A DNA stretch of 64,000 nucleotides from Candidatus Thorarchaeota archaeon (GTDB taxonomy: Archaea; Asgardarchaeota; Thorarchaeia; Thorarchaeales; Thorarchaeaceae). A program made the translations under genes and the position numbers. Positions 48,801 to 55,664 of this stretch are shown one piece after another. Location of the stretch: contig JBHLQM010000009.1 of the NCBI GenBank assembly GCA_048884785.1, positions 6,279-70,278 of the forward strand, written 5' to 3'. Every line of letters starts with the position of its first letter. Position 1 is the first letter of the stretch. The notes beneath the pieces are model-generated. The model had not been told where the DNA came from and did no database searches. It was given only the letters and a program-made list of their open reading frames with translations.

Positions 48801-49056
48801 AACATACACATATCGATGCCTATTTCTAAAGGCCGATGGTTCACGCGTAGAGGCAACACATACATTTCCAATAACTTCTGGGTTTGGTCCAGGCTTCAGC
48901 ACAGCTTTGTTAATTACATGGGCTGTAATTATAGCAATTGAGGCAATGGCAGCAATGCTAATTGTTGCACGATTTAGATATGGAAAAGGGTTTGGACTAG
49001 GTAGACTAGGTTTCCGAGCTCGCGCAACAGAAATACATGATTCATTAGTAGGGTGA
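42874..49056 (+). CDS. 2060-aa membrane-anchored surface protein: N-terminal TM, transglutaminase-like core, about 14 CarboxypepD_reg-like beta-sandwich repeats, C-terminal TM
   Basis: WRSSAYDSYDGSGW and MDFATAYCVFMRYLGIPARMTLGY ... HMMFWAEVY (TGase-like core, about 43666-44028). Periodic G.L....G.P..G..I.I.W repeats. Hydrophobic segments at both ends. TTG start with GAGGA upstream. Confidence 0.8.
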   Translation: MSATPTPTTAKRKIGFMTLLSSVFIIAMIVWGTYTIILIQAGEVRQQTPHTNLDDVPPWIYDLNWNGGRSNWFDNINYTDLPLDQMLPEDLLAQMNNTLFVVEPADPAQLWRSSAYDSYDGSGWSKTLIGSTPLAATPRAQAINEIYTISMNVTVSPNIEPIELPSLFPNIRVIENSFRTFPAGRLIDYELETDQYDTLLFSPFLSGSLDETILISYDITYDTQDVNHIETHARSGDFADAEIQRIYGDVGVTLSQTVIDEITPFETVGNTAYEKAMAVDVFFRNNYQLLIDSENITQRPQGQELTEWFIERGGGLPMDFATAYCVFMRYLGIPARMTLGYAIGEPDPDGGDFRLVQVKHMMFWAEVYIPQDDGPGQWIQVIPLPLPPGFGGGALPENFDEADVSLLVFTQPWVEIGTDFNIYAILYVNGVPVNTPENIRFYDLTEGVDIGIATIEPALIPFANITHQFPPGSSVGAHNISAMWVSSTFLIANYTSIIAVGQSNPFQAPPSQTSTSFIPSEIIDINISLALDTYVAHWNDTLRVHGVMRISGVPANGTELGLLGNNQMWIMWDGLWYGNATIGDDGYYELDIIVDGTDIIRMTLEQHNVSAFFAGIYDKQTGFPIVFPGQSANSVVTLRGSPGFYLTVAPINTYGGGSITYEGIAYLFNGTPLVGETIGILFDGSIIDTAITNATGGFNYVYNIPLLHPSGVFDAAVNWTSTYPQIDGATSSPIAITIQSGSTTLTIDSTPKDPYPVHIYETITIFGTLTVSSDGTPLIGRTIEIWWDWNNGTVQLIGTNTTIAGGFYEFSYNIPAGSEGTSTYWTEWDASAEPNYQDGISSTMDIVVKRYDIIVIIDTIQSSVVVGEELDIQGFVYLPEIPAVLGGAHLTLWWQNGTGTHNITGVYTSVATGIYTFNYTVPVTHELAGVQLWAEYISESPMLSSNISLSLGVVVRNYYSYISILSNTSIVHLNESVLIYGFLQHENGTPLAGLDVDIQWNNGTSYWFQVVTNSSGWYEFLYNCSPSTDSEGIVTVSAYHTSIDPSYSSSSASLSPALTLQLYQLTLDADVVSNNVHLDEVIQFSGTLTLDVTGTPIAGATIVVYYQNSTGTYTFPKVTDFAGGFFFQYNCSLNDALGAVYVWAQYTSLNPLWDNAISLNRTVNLILYSMTLTTNTDSVSYFIDDTVYIWGQLTYTHNSTPLPGQLIQIYWYNGSIIPLGSFSTNSSGYFEYFYTLQPGKDSEGFVTVWATFATSVPLWDDADSTPGTTFSVNKYAVIIDVTVVPNLQYLNRSITIQAHIYFSHNATNIAGASLSLWWQNASIYLLSTGFSDGSGNYQFIYSGMDDDTFLTGIQIFANYSGSAYLQNAQSSPQSLTLQRWLTLITGFDTGGVTTFLLTDTLVVTGTLFYDLTGPDVPYGGAIVQILVDGSVVNTTTTASDGTFIGYWEIPDITPVGNYDISVRHLSSVNWIADYTSSPISISIQAITIIWIFEANPTIVYRSEWLNISGILSLSNGSPYAGASVQLYWLNTITATGQILLDTVSTDAGGRFEYWYLLSDTEDLGPTQIWAECSSGVPIIGAGMSSVELIDVMQIPVNLTGGGSHTLIYLGDTITFSGTLTFGNGTPMVGYGVEVIWDGITLVTITITDGISGSFSYDYYLDYDEPVRTLTYYIQFAKPSEAYSDAQTASQDLEIRDLITIAIDSQTVFSIIRGDTLQVTGLVANSGGPDVGVPLELLLNGGQAGIYAISDTFGEFSFNFQIRRTYSPGIYNISVGVNSLNYDVTGSSGYWIIQLNITSEISVTFLNPSDIMPGETFTISFTILDDDGNTPVGEQVSIYLLEENAGGPSPVLIAIVDILPAGQNIHTLTISLGSWTGNGLYFAEVRYSGSQFVVGSSDSTSQSIHVFADAGFVNLGPGIAVPAQPITLTGNLLDLEGIPIKNRSITLTLNDSSVVTLTTGTDGSFRYDLPVTYSGEATYTYRCLFLKADGSRVEATHTFPITSGFGPGFSTALLITWAVIIAIEAMAAMLIVARFRYGKGFGLGRLGFRARATEIHDSLVG
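44400..48850 (+). repeat. protein-level tandem repeats (about 14 modules of about 95-110 aa) inside the giant ORF
   Basis: Recurring module, e.g. ITIFGTLTVSSDGTPLIGRTIEIWWDWNNGT...GGFYEFSYNIP, VLIYGFLQHENGTPLAGLDVDIQWNNGTS...SGWYEFLYNCS, and IQFSGTLTLDVTGTPIAGATIVVYYQNSTGT...GGFFFQYNCS. Boundaries are approximate. Confidence 0.75.
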
Positions 49057-49520
49057 TAAGAATGCAGATTGACATCAACATCATAATGCCAATTGTTGCA
49101 CTCTCAGGTGCTGTGATTGTGGTACTCCTATACCTCTACTTTGTCAAAGGCATGTTTAAGGGTACAATCAGGACTGTTGCATCTGTAGACATCCCTGGCA
49201 AGCTAAGAAACATCAAGAAGCTTGCAGATGCAGGTAAATATGATGCGGCAATAACATTGGCTTTCCGCACCTTTGAGCAGATGTGCGGGATGAAAATTGG
49301 GTCGGAAAGAATGTCCTCTGAAACAGCAAGGGAGTACATAGAGAGAGTTCTCAAAGTAATACCTCTTGATGCAGAATCAGTTGAAGAATTCGTCAGAGCC
49401 TATGAAGAAGCCAGATTCTCAGGTCATGATATCTCTCGAGATCGATACGAGCTGGCCATCAAGGTCTTCACTGACATTTATCCGCGCATAGAAGGTGCAA
49501 CACCAATAAGGGCTGAGTGA
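49053..49520 (+). CDS. DUF4129-like membrane-anchored protein
   Basis: N-terminal TM. The C-terminal TAREYIERV ... FVRAYEEARFSGHDISRDRYE pattern is typical of DUF4129. The GTG start overlaps the upstream stop (GTGA). Confidence 0.55.
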   Translation: MIRMQIDINIIMPIVALSGAVIVVLLYLYFVKGMFKGTIRTVASVDIPGKLRNIKKLADAGKYDAAITLAFRTFEQMCGMKIGSERMSSETAREYIERVLKVIPLDAESVEEFVRAYEEARFSGHDISRDRYELAIKVFTDIYPRIEGATPIRAE

Positions 49521-50941
49521 AGAAGGGATACCGAGGAGCGATATCAATGGGATGGAAGGAAGCCTTGCAGATTGGGATTTTTGTTTTAGCATGGCTCCCA
49601 ATTGGTTTCTTAGCCGGAGTTACAGTCTTTGGCAATCCTCCCAATCTCTATGACAATATGGATTTTTCAATCTATAATACCAACTGGAACGGATGCAGTA
49701 ATTTCAGGATTCAGATCGAGCAAGATGGATTCAGTACATTATCTATTCAATCAACTATGAGTGTTATCACCCGATACAATGGGAGTGCAGTTCTCTTTAT
49801 TATGGGCCCTGTAAAAGACTTCACTTTTGATATACTTACGATTTTCCAGCATCTCATCGCTGGGGGTACAGTTGTAATAGCAGATGACTTTGGAACTGCA
49901 AATAGCTCGCTGTATTTGCTTAATTCCTACTTATTTAATCAGACAGGAGCAGCAAGTTTTCTAAGTGCCTTAGGAGTAACTGGATTTCTCTCATTCACAA
50001 AGGGTGTGGTCATGGATCTTGATTCCTACTACCTAAGCCCAAGGTTGCCAATAATACGTGATTTCCACCCTTATCATCCAATCACTTCTGGCGTTTCTGA
50101 GTTGTATCTAAACAATGCATCTGCGATTACCCCAACATGTGCACTTGGAGCTGCAGGAATAGCTTGGACAACAAATAGGGCGTGGAGTGAAACTGATGTA
50201 GATAATGCCACGCCAAGTCCAGACCTAAACGAATGGGCTGGAACCTTGCCAATAATAGGAGCTCTCGACTTATCGCTTATTTGGGCTGGCGCAGGAAAGC
50301 TAGTGGCAATTTCAGATCCTAGCATATTCATAAACGATATGTGGGATGAGTTTGATGGCAATCGACGCCTGGGTAGGAATTTAGTCAACTGGATAACTGA
50401 TGGAAATCCTGAGATTCCGATTATCTTTAGTGAGGAAACACTTGCAACGCCTATTATTTCTGGAGAGTTCTTCTTTGGAAGTTTTATGGGACGAATGCTC
50501 TGGGCAAGCACGAATGTCTTCCTAGCCCCAATTTATCCCCTAATGACAGCAGTGGGATTGAAGAAATACCTCCCAGATATGAAGAAGCCTGAGATGAAGA
50601 GTGTTTCAGAGGTCTTCATGAGAAGAGGACAGACCTACTTTAGCGAACGAATGACTTACTATAGAACTGAAGGAAACTATGCACGAGTTGTAAAGATGCT
50701 ATATCGAAAACTACGTCGATCACTCACCAAAAAATACCAGTGGAGTGAGTACAATAAGAAGAAGGTCTGGGACCTAATTCAGTATAGAGATCCTTCAATA
50801 AAAGAGGGGGCTTTCTTCAAGACAATAGATAGGATTGAAGAAATCTCCTCGAGACAGAATGTTAGAATAAGAGAGAGCGAAATGATGAAGCTCTTCTTTT
50901 GGATGAGGAACATCCAAGATAAACTAATTGAAGCGAAATGA
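49517..50941 (+). CDS. DUF4350-like membrane protein (TM, extracytoplasmic domain, TM, cytoplasmic tail)
   Basis: Topology and operon position. VLFIMGP ... LIAGGTVVIADDFG resembles DUF4350. The GTG start overlaps the upstream stop. Confidence 0.4.
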   Translation: MKKGYRGAISMGWKEALQIGIFVLAWLPIGFLAGVTVFGNPPNLYDNMDFSIYNTNWNGCSNFRIQIEQDGFSTLSIQSTMSVITRYNGSAVLFIMGPVKDFTFDILTIFQHLIAGGTVVIADDFGTANSSLYLLNSYLFNQTGAASFLSALGVTGFLSFTKGVVMDLDSYYLSPRLPIIRDFHPYHPITSGVSELYLNNASAITPTCALGAAGIAWTTNRAWSETDVDNATPSPDLNEWAGTLPIIGALDLSLIWAGAGKLVAISDPSIFINDMWDEFDGNRRLGRNLVNWITDGNPEIPIIFSEETLATPIISGEFFFGSFMGRMLWASTNVFLAPIYPLMTAVGLKKYLPDMKKPEMKSVSEVFMRRGQTYFSERMTYYRTEGNYARVVKMLYRKLRRSLTKKYQWSEYNKKKVWDLIQYRDPSIKEGAFFKTIDRIEEISSRQNVRIRESEMMKLFFWMRNIQDKLIEAK

Positions 50942-50956
50942 GGTGGAACAGAATAA

Positions 50957-51940
50957 ATGACAGAAGCAACCGGCCCCAATGAAGAAATCCTTGGTCCACC
51001 CATGACCATTTCGGAGGTGCATGATCTCACATCTGAGATTCTTCGCGAGTGTGGAAGAATAATTGTCGGCAAAATAGACATAATGCGCGACACGCTAATT
51101 GCTTTCCTCTCCAATGGTCATGTGGTTCTTGAGGGTGTGCCAGGTCTTGCGAAGACGTACATGGCTCGTACATTCGCGGCAGTCCTTGGATGCGCTTTCA
51201 AGAGGATTCAGCTAACGGTGGACACTCTACCTGCTGATCTTTTGGGGAGCAACGTATTCAATCAGAAGACTGGCGAGTTCTGGTTTCGAAAAGGACCTGT
51301 GTTTTCCAATCTGGTTTTAGCCGATGAGATTAACAGATGTCCTCCAAAATCTCAAAGTGCACTGCTCGAAGTTATGGAGGAGCGCCAAGTATCAACCGAA
51401 GGTGTGACGCGAAAGCTACCTGAGCCTTTCCTAATCATCGCAACCCAGAACCCTGTTGAACAAGAGGGCACATATCCTCTACCAGAAGCACAGCTTGATA
51501 GATTCATGTTCAGATTGATATTGGACTATCCAACTGGCTCCGAAGAGGCGGAGGTTGTTCGCAGAAAACATCAAGGTGAAGCCAGTGACCTGCGTGTACT
51601 TGCAGATCCTGGAACAATGATGCGGATGCAAAATACGTGTAGGACTGTATTTGTGGACGAAGATATAATCAACTATATCCGTGATATAATTGTGAAGACT
51701 AGAAATGACCCTCAGATACTGCTAGGCGGCTCGCCCAGAGCATCACTTGTCCTAATGGGCGCTGCAAAGGCGAGAGCGGCAATGCATGGACGGGATTATG
51801 TAGTACCGGAAGATGTCCGAAGACTTGCCGTGCAAGCTTTGAATCACCGTTTGATACTCAAACCAGAAGCAGAACTCGAAGGCCTTACTGTCGATCGAAT
51901 TGTCAGTAAGGTTATGGGAGAGGTAGACTGTCCTCGATAG
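50957..51940 (+). CDS. moxR: MoxR-family AAA+ ATPase
   Basis: Walker A-like LEGVPGLAKT, Walker B LLADEINR, PK.QSALLE.M.E.QV, and ATQNP.E.EGTYPLPEAQLDRF. Confidence 0.9.
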   Translation: MTEATGPNEEILGPPMTISEVHDLTSEILRECGRIIVGKIDIMRDTLIAFLSNGHVVLEGVPGLAKTYMARTFAAVLGCAFKRIQLTVDTLPADLLGSNVFNQKTGEFWFRKGPVFSNLVLADEINRCPPKSQSALLEVMEERQVSTEGVTRKLPEPFLIIATQNPVEQEGTYPLPEAQLDRFMFRLILDYPTGSEEAEVVRRKHQGEASDLRVLADPGTMMRMQNTCRTVFVDEDIINYIRDIIVKTRNDPQILLGGSPRASLVLMGAAKARAAMHGRDYVVPEDVRRLAVQALNHRLILKPEAELEGLTVDRIVSKVMGEVDCPR

Positions 51941-51968
51941 AAGGCGTTCGGCACTGGAGAAGAGCTAG

Positions 51969-53291
51969 ATGATTACGCAGAGAGGGTTTGTGGTTCTGTT
52001 TGCTGGAGTCGTCCTACTGACAAGTGGATTCGCCTTCAACAACTTCTACCTAACTCTGATTGGCGTTTACCTTTGTGTAGGACTTGTTGTAACACTTCCT
52101 CTCTTTGCGATGACGGCTAACATTTCCGGCATTCTTGTGGAACGCTATATTGACAAAGTAAAGGTATTCTCTGGCGATTTTCTAAGGGTAAAAGTCACAA
52201 TTCGAAACACCTCACGGAGGCATTTTGATTTCATTGAAGTCCATGATCAATATCCTGAGCTCTGGATTCTTGCTATTGGAGCTAACTTCATTGCATCGCG
52301 AATTCAACCTGGAGGGAGCATCACCTTCTCTTACATCCTCCAAGTGAGAATGCGGGGGAGGTATTATTTGGGCCCAACAGAGGTAATCATGCGAGATAGA
52401 CTAGGTCTACATTATTACAAGCGCACACTAAAGGAACAGACCGAAGTCTTGGTCTATCCAACATGGAAGGATGTTAGGAGACTTGAAGCCCTCGGGAAGC
52501 AAAGACATCTTGGACGTATGTTTGGAGCACATAGAACCAAAGTCATAGGAATGGGCACTGATTTCGCAGGGTTTAGAGAATATGTCCCAGGGGATTCTTT
52601 TAGGAATATTGACTGGAAAATAAGCGCGAAACGCGGGGATATGATTGTCAGGCAATATGAGATGGAGAAGAATATTCAGGTTGTTTGTATGGTCGACACA
52701 AGTGGATCTATGGGAAATGGATACCCTGAGAACACGAAACTTGAGTATGCTATCAGGGCTGCAGTCCTTCTTTCTCATATGGGCTTGGAACGAAAGGACC
52801 TTGTAGGAACATGTGTATTCAGCGATGTGGTTCACTCTTATGTTCCACCTTCCACTAATCCAAATCACATGTACAATGTCCTTGAATCGCTTGCATTGGC
52901 AGAACCAAAAGGTTGGAGTGACTATGAAACAGCTATATCATATGTCACTCAACAGACCAAGAAACGATCATTCATTATCTGGCTCACAGACTTGGAGGAA
53001 TCTCCAGCACCACTCCTAAATGCTATGAAGTCGGTCATCGCTAATGGACATAAGGCCATGGTCATCAGTCCTTTTGGCCCATGGTTTGAAGCTCCGGTTG
53101 GACAGTTTGGCCCTGTCGAGAAAGTGCTTTCTGAAGCCGTCTCTGAGGAGCTATGGGAGCGCCGGCAAAAAATTACTCGGGCTCTAGCAAGATTCGGAAT
53201 CAATGTTGTTAACGTCGGTCCAGAAGATTTCTTGCCGACTATTATCAAGCAGTATGAAACTGCAAAACAGAAGGGGGTTGCGATGTTTTGA
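51969..53291 (+). CDS. DUF58 protein (vWA-like domain), partner of MoxR
   Basis: Signature FREYVPGDSFRNIDWKISAKRGDMIVRQYEME, followed by the vWA-like VVCMVDTSGSM. Confidence 0.85.
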   Translation: MITQRGFVVLFAGVVLLTSGFAFNNFYLTLIGVYLCVGLVVTLPLFAMTANISGILVERYIDKVKVFSGDFLRVKVTIRNTSRRHFDFIEVHDQYPELWILAIGANFIASRIQPGGSITFSYILQVRMRGRYYLGPTEVIMRDRLGLHYYKRTLKEQTEVLVYPTWKDVRRLEALGKQRHLGRMFGAHRTKVIGMGTDFAGFREYVPGDSFRNIDWKISAKRGDMIVRQYEMEKNIQVVCMVDTSGSMGNGYPENTKLEYAIRAAVLLSHMGLERKDLVGTCVFSDVVHSYVPPSTNPNHMYNVLESLALAEPKGWSDYETAISYVTQQTKKRSFIIWLTDLEESPAPLLNAMKSVIANGHKAMVISPFGPWFEAPVGQFGPVEKVLSEAVSEELWERRQKITRALARFGINVVNVGPEDFLPTIIKQYETAKQKGVAMF

Positions 53292-54670
53292 GAGCTATCA
53301 CTTGGGTTTTGCGAATACTTTCTACTGCTGCCTTCATTGGGATGTGTCTCCTAGTCTACGATGCAATGAGAGGATACTGGGATTGGGACGCTCCATACAT
53401 ATTCATTGTGACAGTTTTCCGTTTGATATCCATGGTTCTTTTCTTTGTTGGATCACTTGTCATGGTTGGCCTTGTTGCGCCTTTCACAGGAGGAACTCCT
53501 AGTGATGCGCTTGTCGGCCTGTATAACACGCAACTTCTTAGGATGTGGTACATGCAGCCTTATGGCGTTACTGGACCTTTTACATCAGTGAATCAAGTCT
53601 TCAACAGCTTCATTTCTAATATTGGAGGGATCTGGAGGATTCTTTCTGAGTACTCATTCACATTTCTGTATTTTTTGGGTGCTGCACTCGGTATCGCCTT
53701 CTTTCTCCAATCACTTGTACGAATGGAACACAAGTTTGTTGGCGGAGCTTTTCTTGGGATTCAATCTGTTTTGATTGTTGCCGCTTACCGTTTGATAACA
53801 ATTCCGAATTTTGAGGGCGGCTTCCCGGCTGATTTCTTCAGTTTTCTATCAAGCGGAGTTCAAATTCTGGCTCTAGTTTCTTTTGCCTATATTGAGATAA
53901 GCTATCAGATGATTTATAGTGATTCTGTTGGAAAACCTGTTGAAGAGCGTGAAAACACACTCAAGAAACAACTGCTGGCCCTGCGTCAAACGACAAGAAA
54001 GCAAGAATCAATAGAACGTGGTGAAAAGGTTAGTACAACGGCTATGAGTCGGACTTCAGGAGCTACAGCATTCTCCTTCCTAAGAGAAGCAATAGAACGA
54101 AGGGTGTTTGGTGGCAAAGAAGTAGTTGAAAGCCTTGACGCAATTGCAGACGTGCGGCGACTTCAGATTTTTGTGGATGAGCTATTTTCGGCTGATCCAG
54201 ATGCACGGGATGAGCTCACAGCAAAAGCTGCTGCTCCATCTTCTGGCTATGTAATATCCTCAACTATCATTGGATCTGCTGTTCGGTTTGTAGGAGTAAT
54301 AACAATCTCATTTGTTTTTATGAACCCCGCGTTTTTCACAGTGTTGTTCAATCTTCCACCAGGTGTTGAGAATAGTGTTGAAATACTTCAACCCGAGCTA
54401 GTCGTCTTTTTCATGGTTCCTATTCTTTTTCTCTTTGTACTGATAGCAATGGTAATCAGCTGGAATACAGCTCGTGAAGTTCCTGAGAAGGCGAAACTGC
54501 CTTCAGAAGAAAAGGAGAAGCAAAAACAGAGAAAGAAAGAGATTGCGATCAAAAGAAAGGCTGCAAGGGAGTCCCGGAAGGAGCGCGAAAGGGCAAGAAG
54601 GAAGCGAAAGGAGTCCGGTGAAGGAAAAGATGAATGGGATAGAGCCCTTGAAGATACATTCAAGAGATGA
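53288..54670 (+). CDS. polytopic membrane protein with a Lys/Arg/Glu-rich C-terminal tail
   Basis: Multiple hydrophobic segments. Tail: EKAKLPSEEKEKQKQRKKEIAIKRKAARESRKERERARRKRKESGEGK. The TTG start overlaps the DUF58 stop (TTGA). Confidence 0.55.
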   Translation: MRAITWVLRILSTAAFIGMCLLVYDAMRGYWDWDAPYIFIVTVFRLISMVLFFVGSLVMVGLVAPFTGGTPSDALVGLYNTQLLRMWYMQPYGVTGPFTSVNQVFNSFISNIGGIWRILSEYSFTFLYFLGAALGIAFFLQSLVRMEHKFVGGAFLGIQSVLIVAAYRLITIPNFEGGFPADFFSFLSSGVQILALVSFAYIEISYQMIYSDSVGKPVEERENTLKKQLLALRQTTRKQESIERGEKVSTTAMSRTSGATAFSFLREAIERRVFGGKEVVESLDAIADVRRLQIFVDELFSADPDARDELTAKAAAPSSGYVISSTIIGSAVRFVGVITISFVFMNPAFFTVLFNLPPGVENSVEILQPELVVFFMVPILFLFVLIAMVISWNTAREVPEKAKLPSEEKEKQKQRKKEIAIKRKAARESRKERERARRKRKESGEGKDEWDRALEDTFKR

Positions 54671-54692
54671 ATCTCTCTAAGGGTGCATAATT

Positions 54693-55664
54693 ATGAAATC
54701 TATCGTTCTATCTCATGGAGATGCTGATGGAATCACTTCGGGTGCCATATCGATGCTCGCATTTCCAGGGTCCACATTCTACTTTTCCAAACCATCTCAG
54801 ATTCACAGTGATCTCTATAGAATCTCAAAAGACCGCCCGGATTCTGTTTGTATCAGTGATATCGCTGTGAACGAGATGCACATGGATCACATTTTGCGTG
54901 CCTTGGACAGATTTCCCGACTCATCAAAGATTATTTGGATAGACCATCATCCCATTGGAAAGAAGAATCTCAAGGAACTGGAAGATCGTGGTGAGATAAT
55001 CCATGAAATTGGTTGCGCCGCTTCAGAATTGGCGTATAGAAGATTCCAAAACGAAGTCCCTGAATATGCTCTCCGTCTTGCGCTCTATGGTGCTATTGGG
55101 GATTATTGTGATGGGACTCCTTTTGCCCAGCTTCATTTTGAGGACTATGATAAGAGAACACTATACCTGGAAGCCGGCCTTCTAGTGCAAGCATTGCAGG
55201 AAATTGACTATAAGAAAGAATCCAAAGATCTCCTCCATGAACTAACACTGGGTGTTGCACCAAGTGCTATGAACAACATAGTAGAACTAGCAATGAAAGC
55301 AACACGAATCGAGCATGAAGTCTTTCGGTATGTGAAGGCTAATGCACGAAAACTCGGTCGAGTTGGATATATTTTAGACATGCCAATTCAAGGCTATCGC
55401 GGCAAATCAGCAAAGTTCGCAGCATATGTTACTGACTCAAATATCGGTATTAGTGCAAAGTCAACGGAAGACGAGGTAGATATGAGTATCAGAAGGCGTG
55501 CCCTAGAAGTGGATTTGAATCAGGCTCTCAATAAGATACTTCCAGAACTCATTGATGCTCACGGAGGTGGGCACCCCGCTGCTGCAGGCGCCACCATGAA
55601 CAGAAATGAGTTTCCGATGTTTGTTCAACGACTGGCTGAATATGTTGAGCAAAATATCAGCTGA
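54693..55664 (+). CDS. DHH/DHHA1 family phosphoesterase (NrnA/RecJ-like)
   Basis: HGDADGITS, WIDHHP, and GGGHPAAAGA motifs. Confidence 0.7.
   Translation: MKSIVLSHGDADGITSGAISMLAFPGSTFYFSKPSQIHSDLYRISKDRPDSVCISDIAVNEMHMDHILRALDRFPDSSKIIWIDHHPIGKKNLKELEDRGEIIHEIGCAASELAYRRFQNEVPEYALRLALYGAIGDYCDGTPFAQLHFEDYDKRTLYLEAGLLVQALQEIDYKKESKDLLHELTLGVAPSAMNNIVELAMKATRIEHEVFRYVKANARKLGRVGYILDMPIQGYRGKSAKFAAYVTDSNIGISAKSTEDEVDMSIRRRALEVDLNQALNKILPELIDAHGGGHPAAAGATMNRNEFPMFVQRLAEYVEQNIS

Noticed and set aside
44400-48850. Periodic structure considered as a CRISPR or other nucleotide-level repeat array
   Set aside because: The periodicity exists only at the amino-acid level, inside one long open reading frame. 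There are no short identical direct repeats with spacers. No CRISPR array, IS element, integrase or transposase was seen anywhere in the window.
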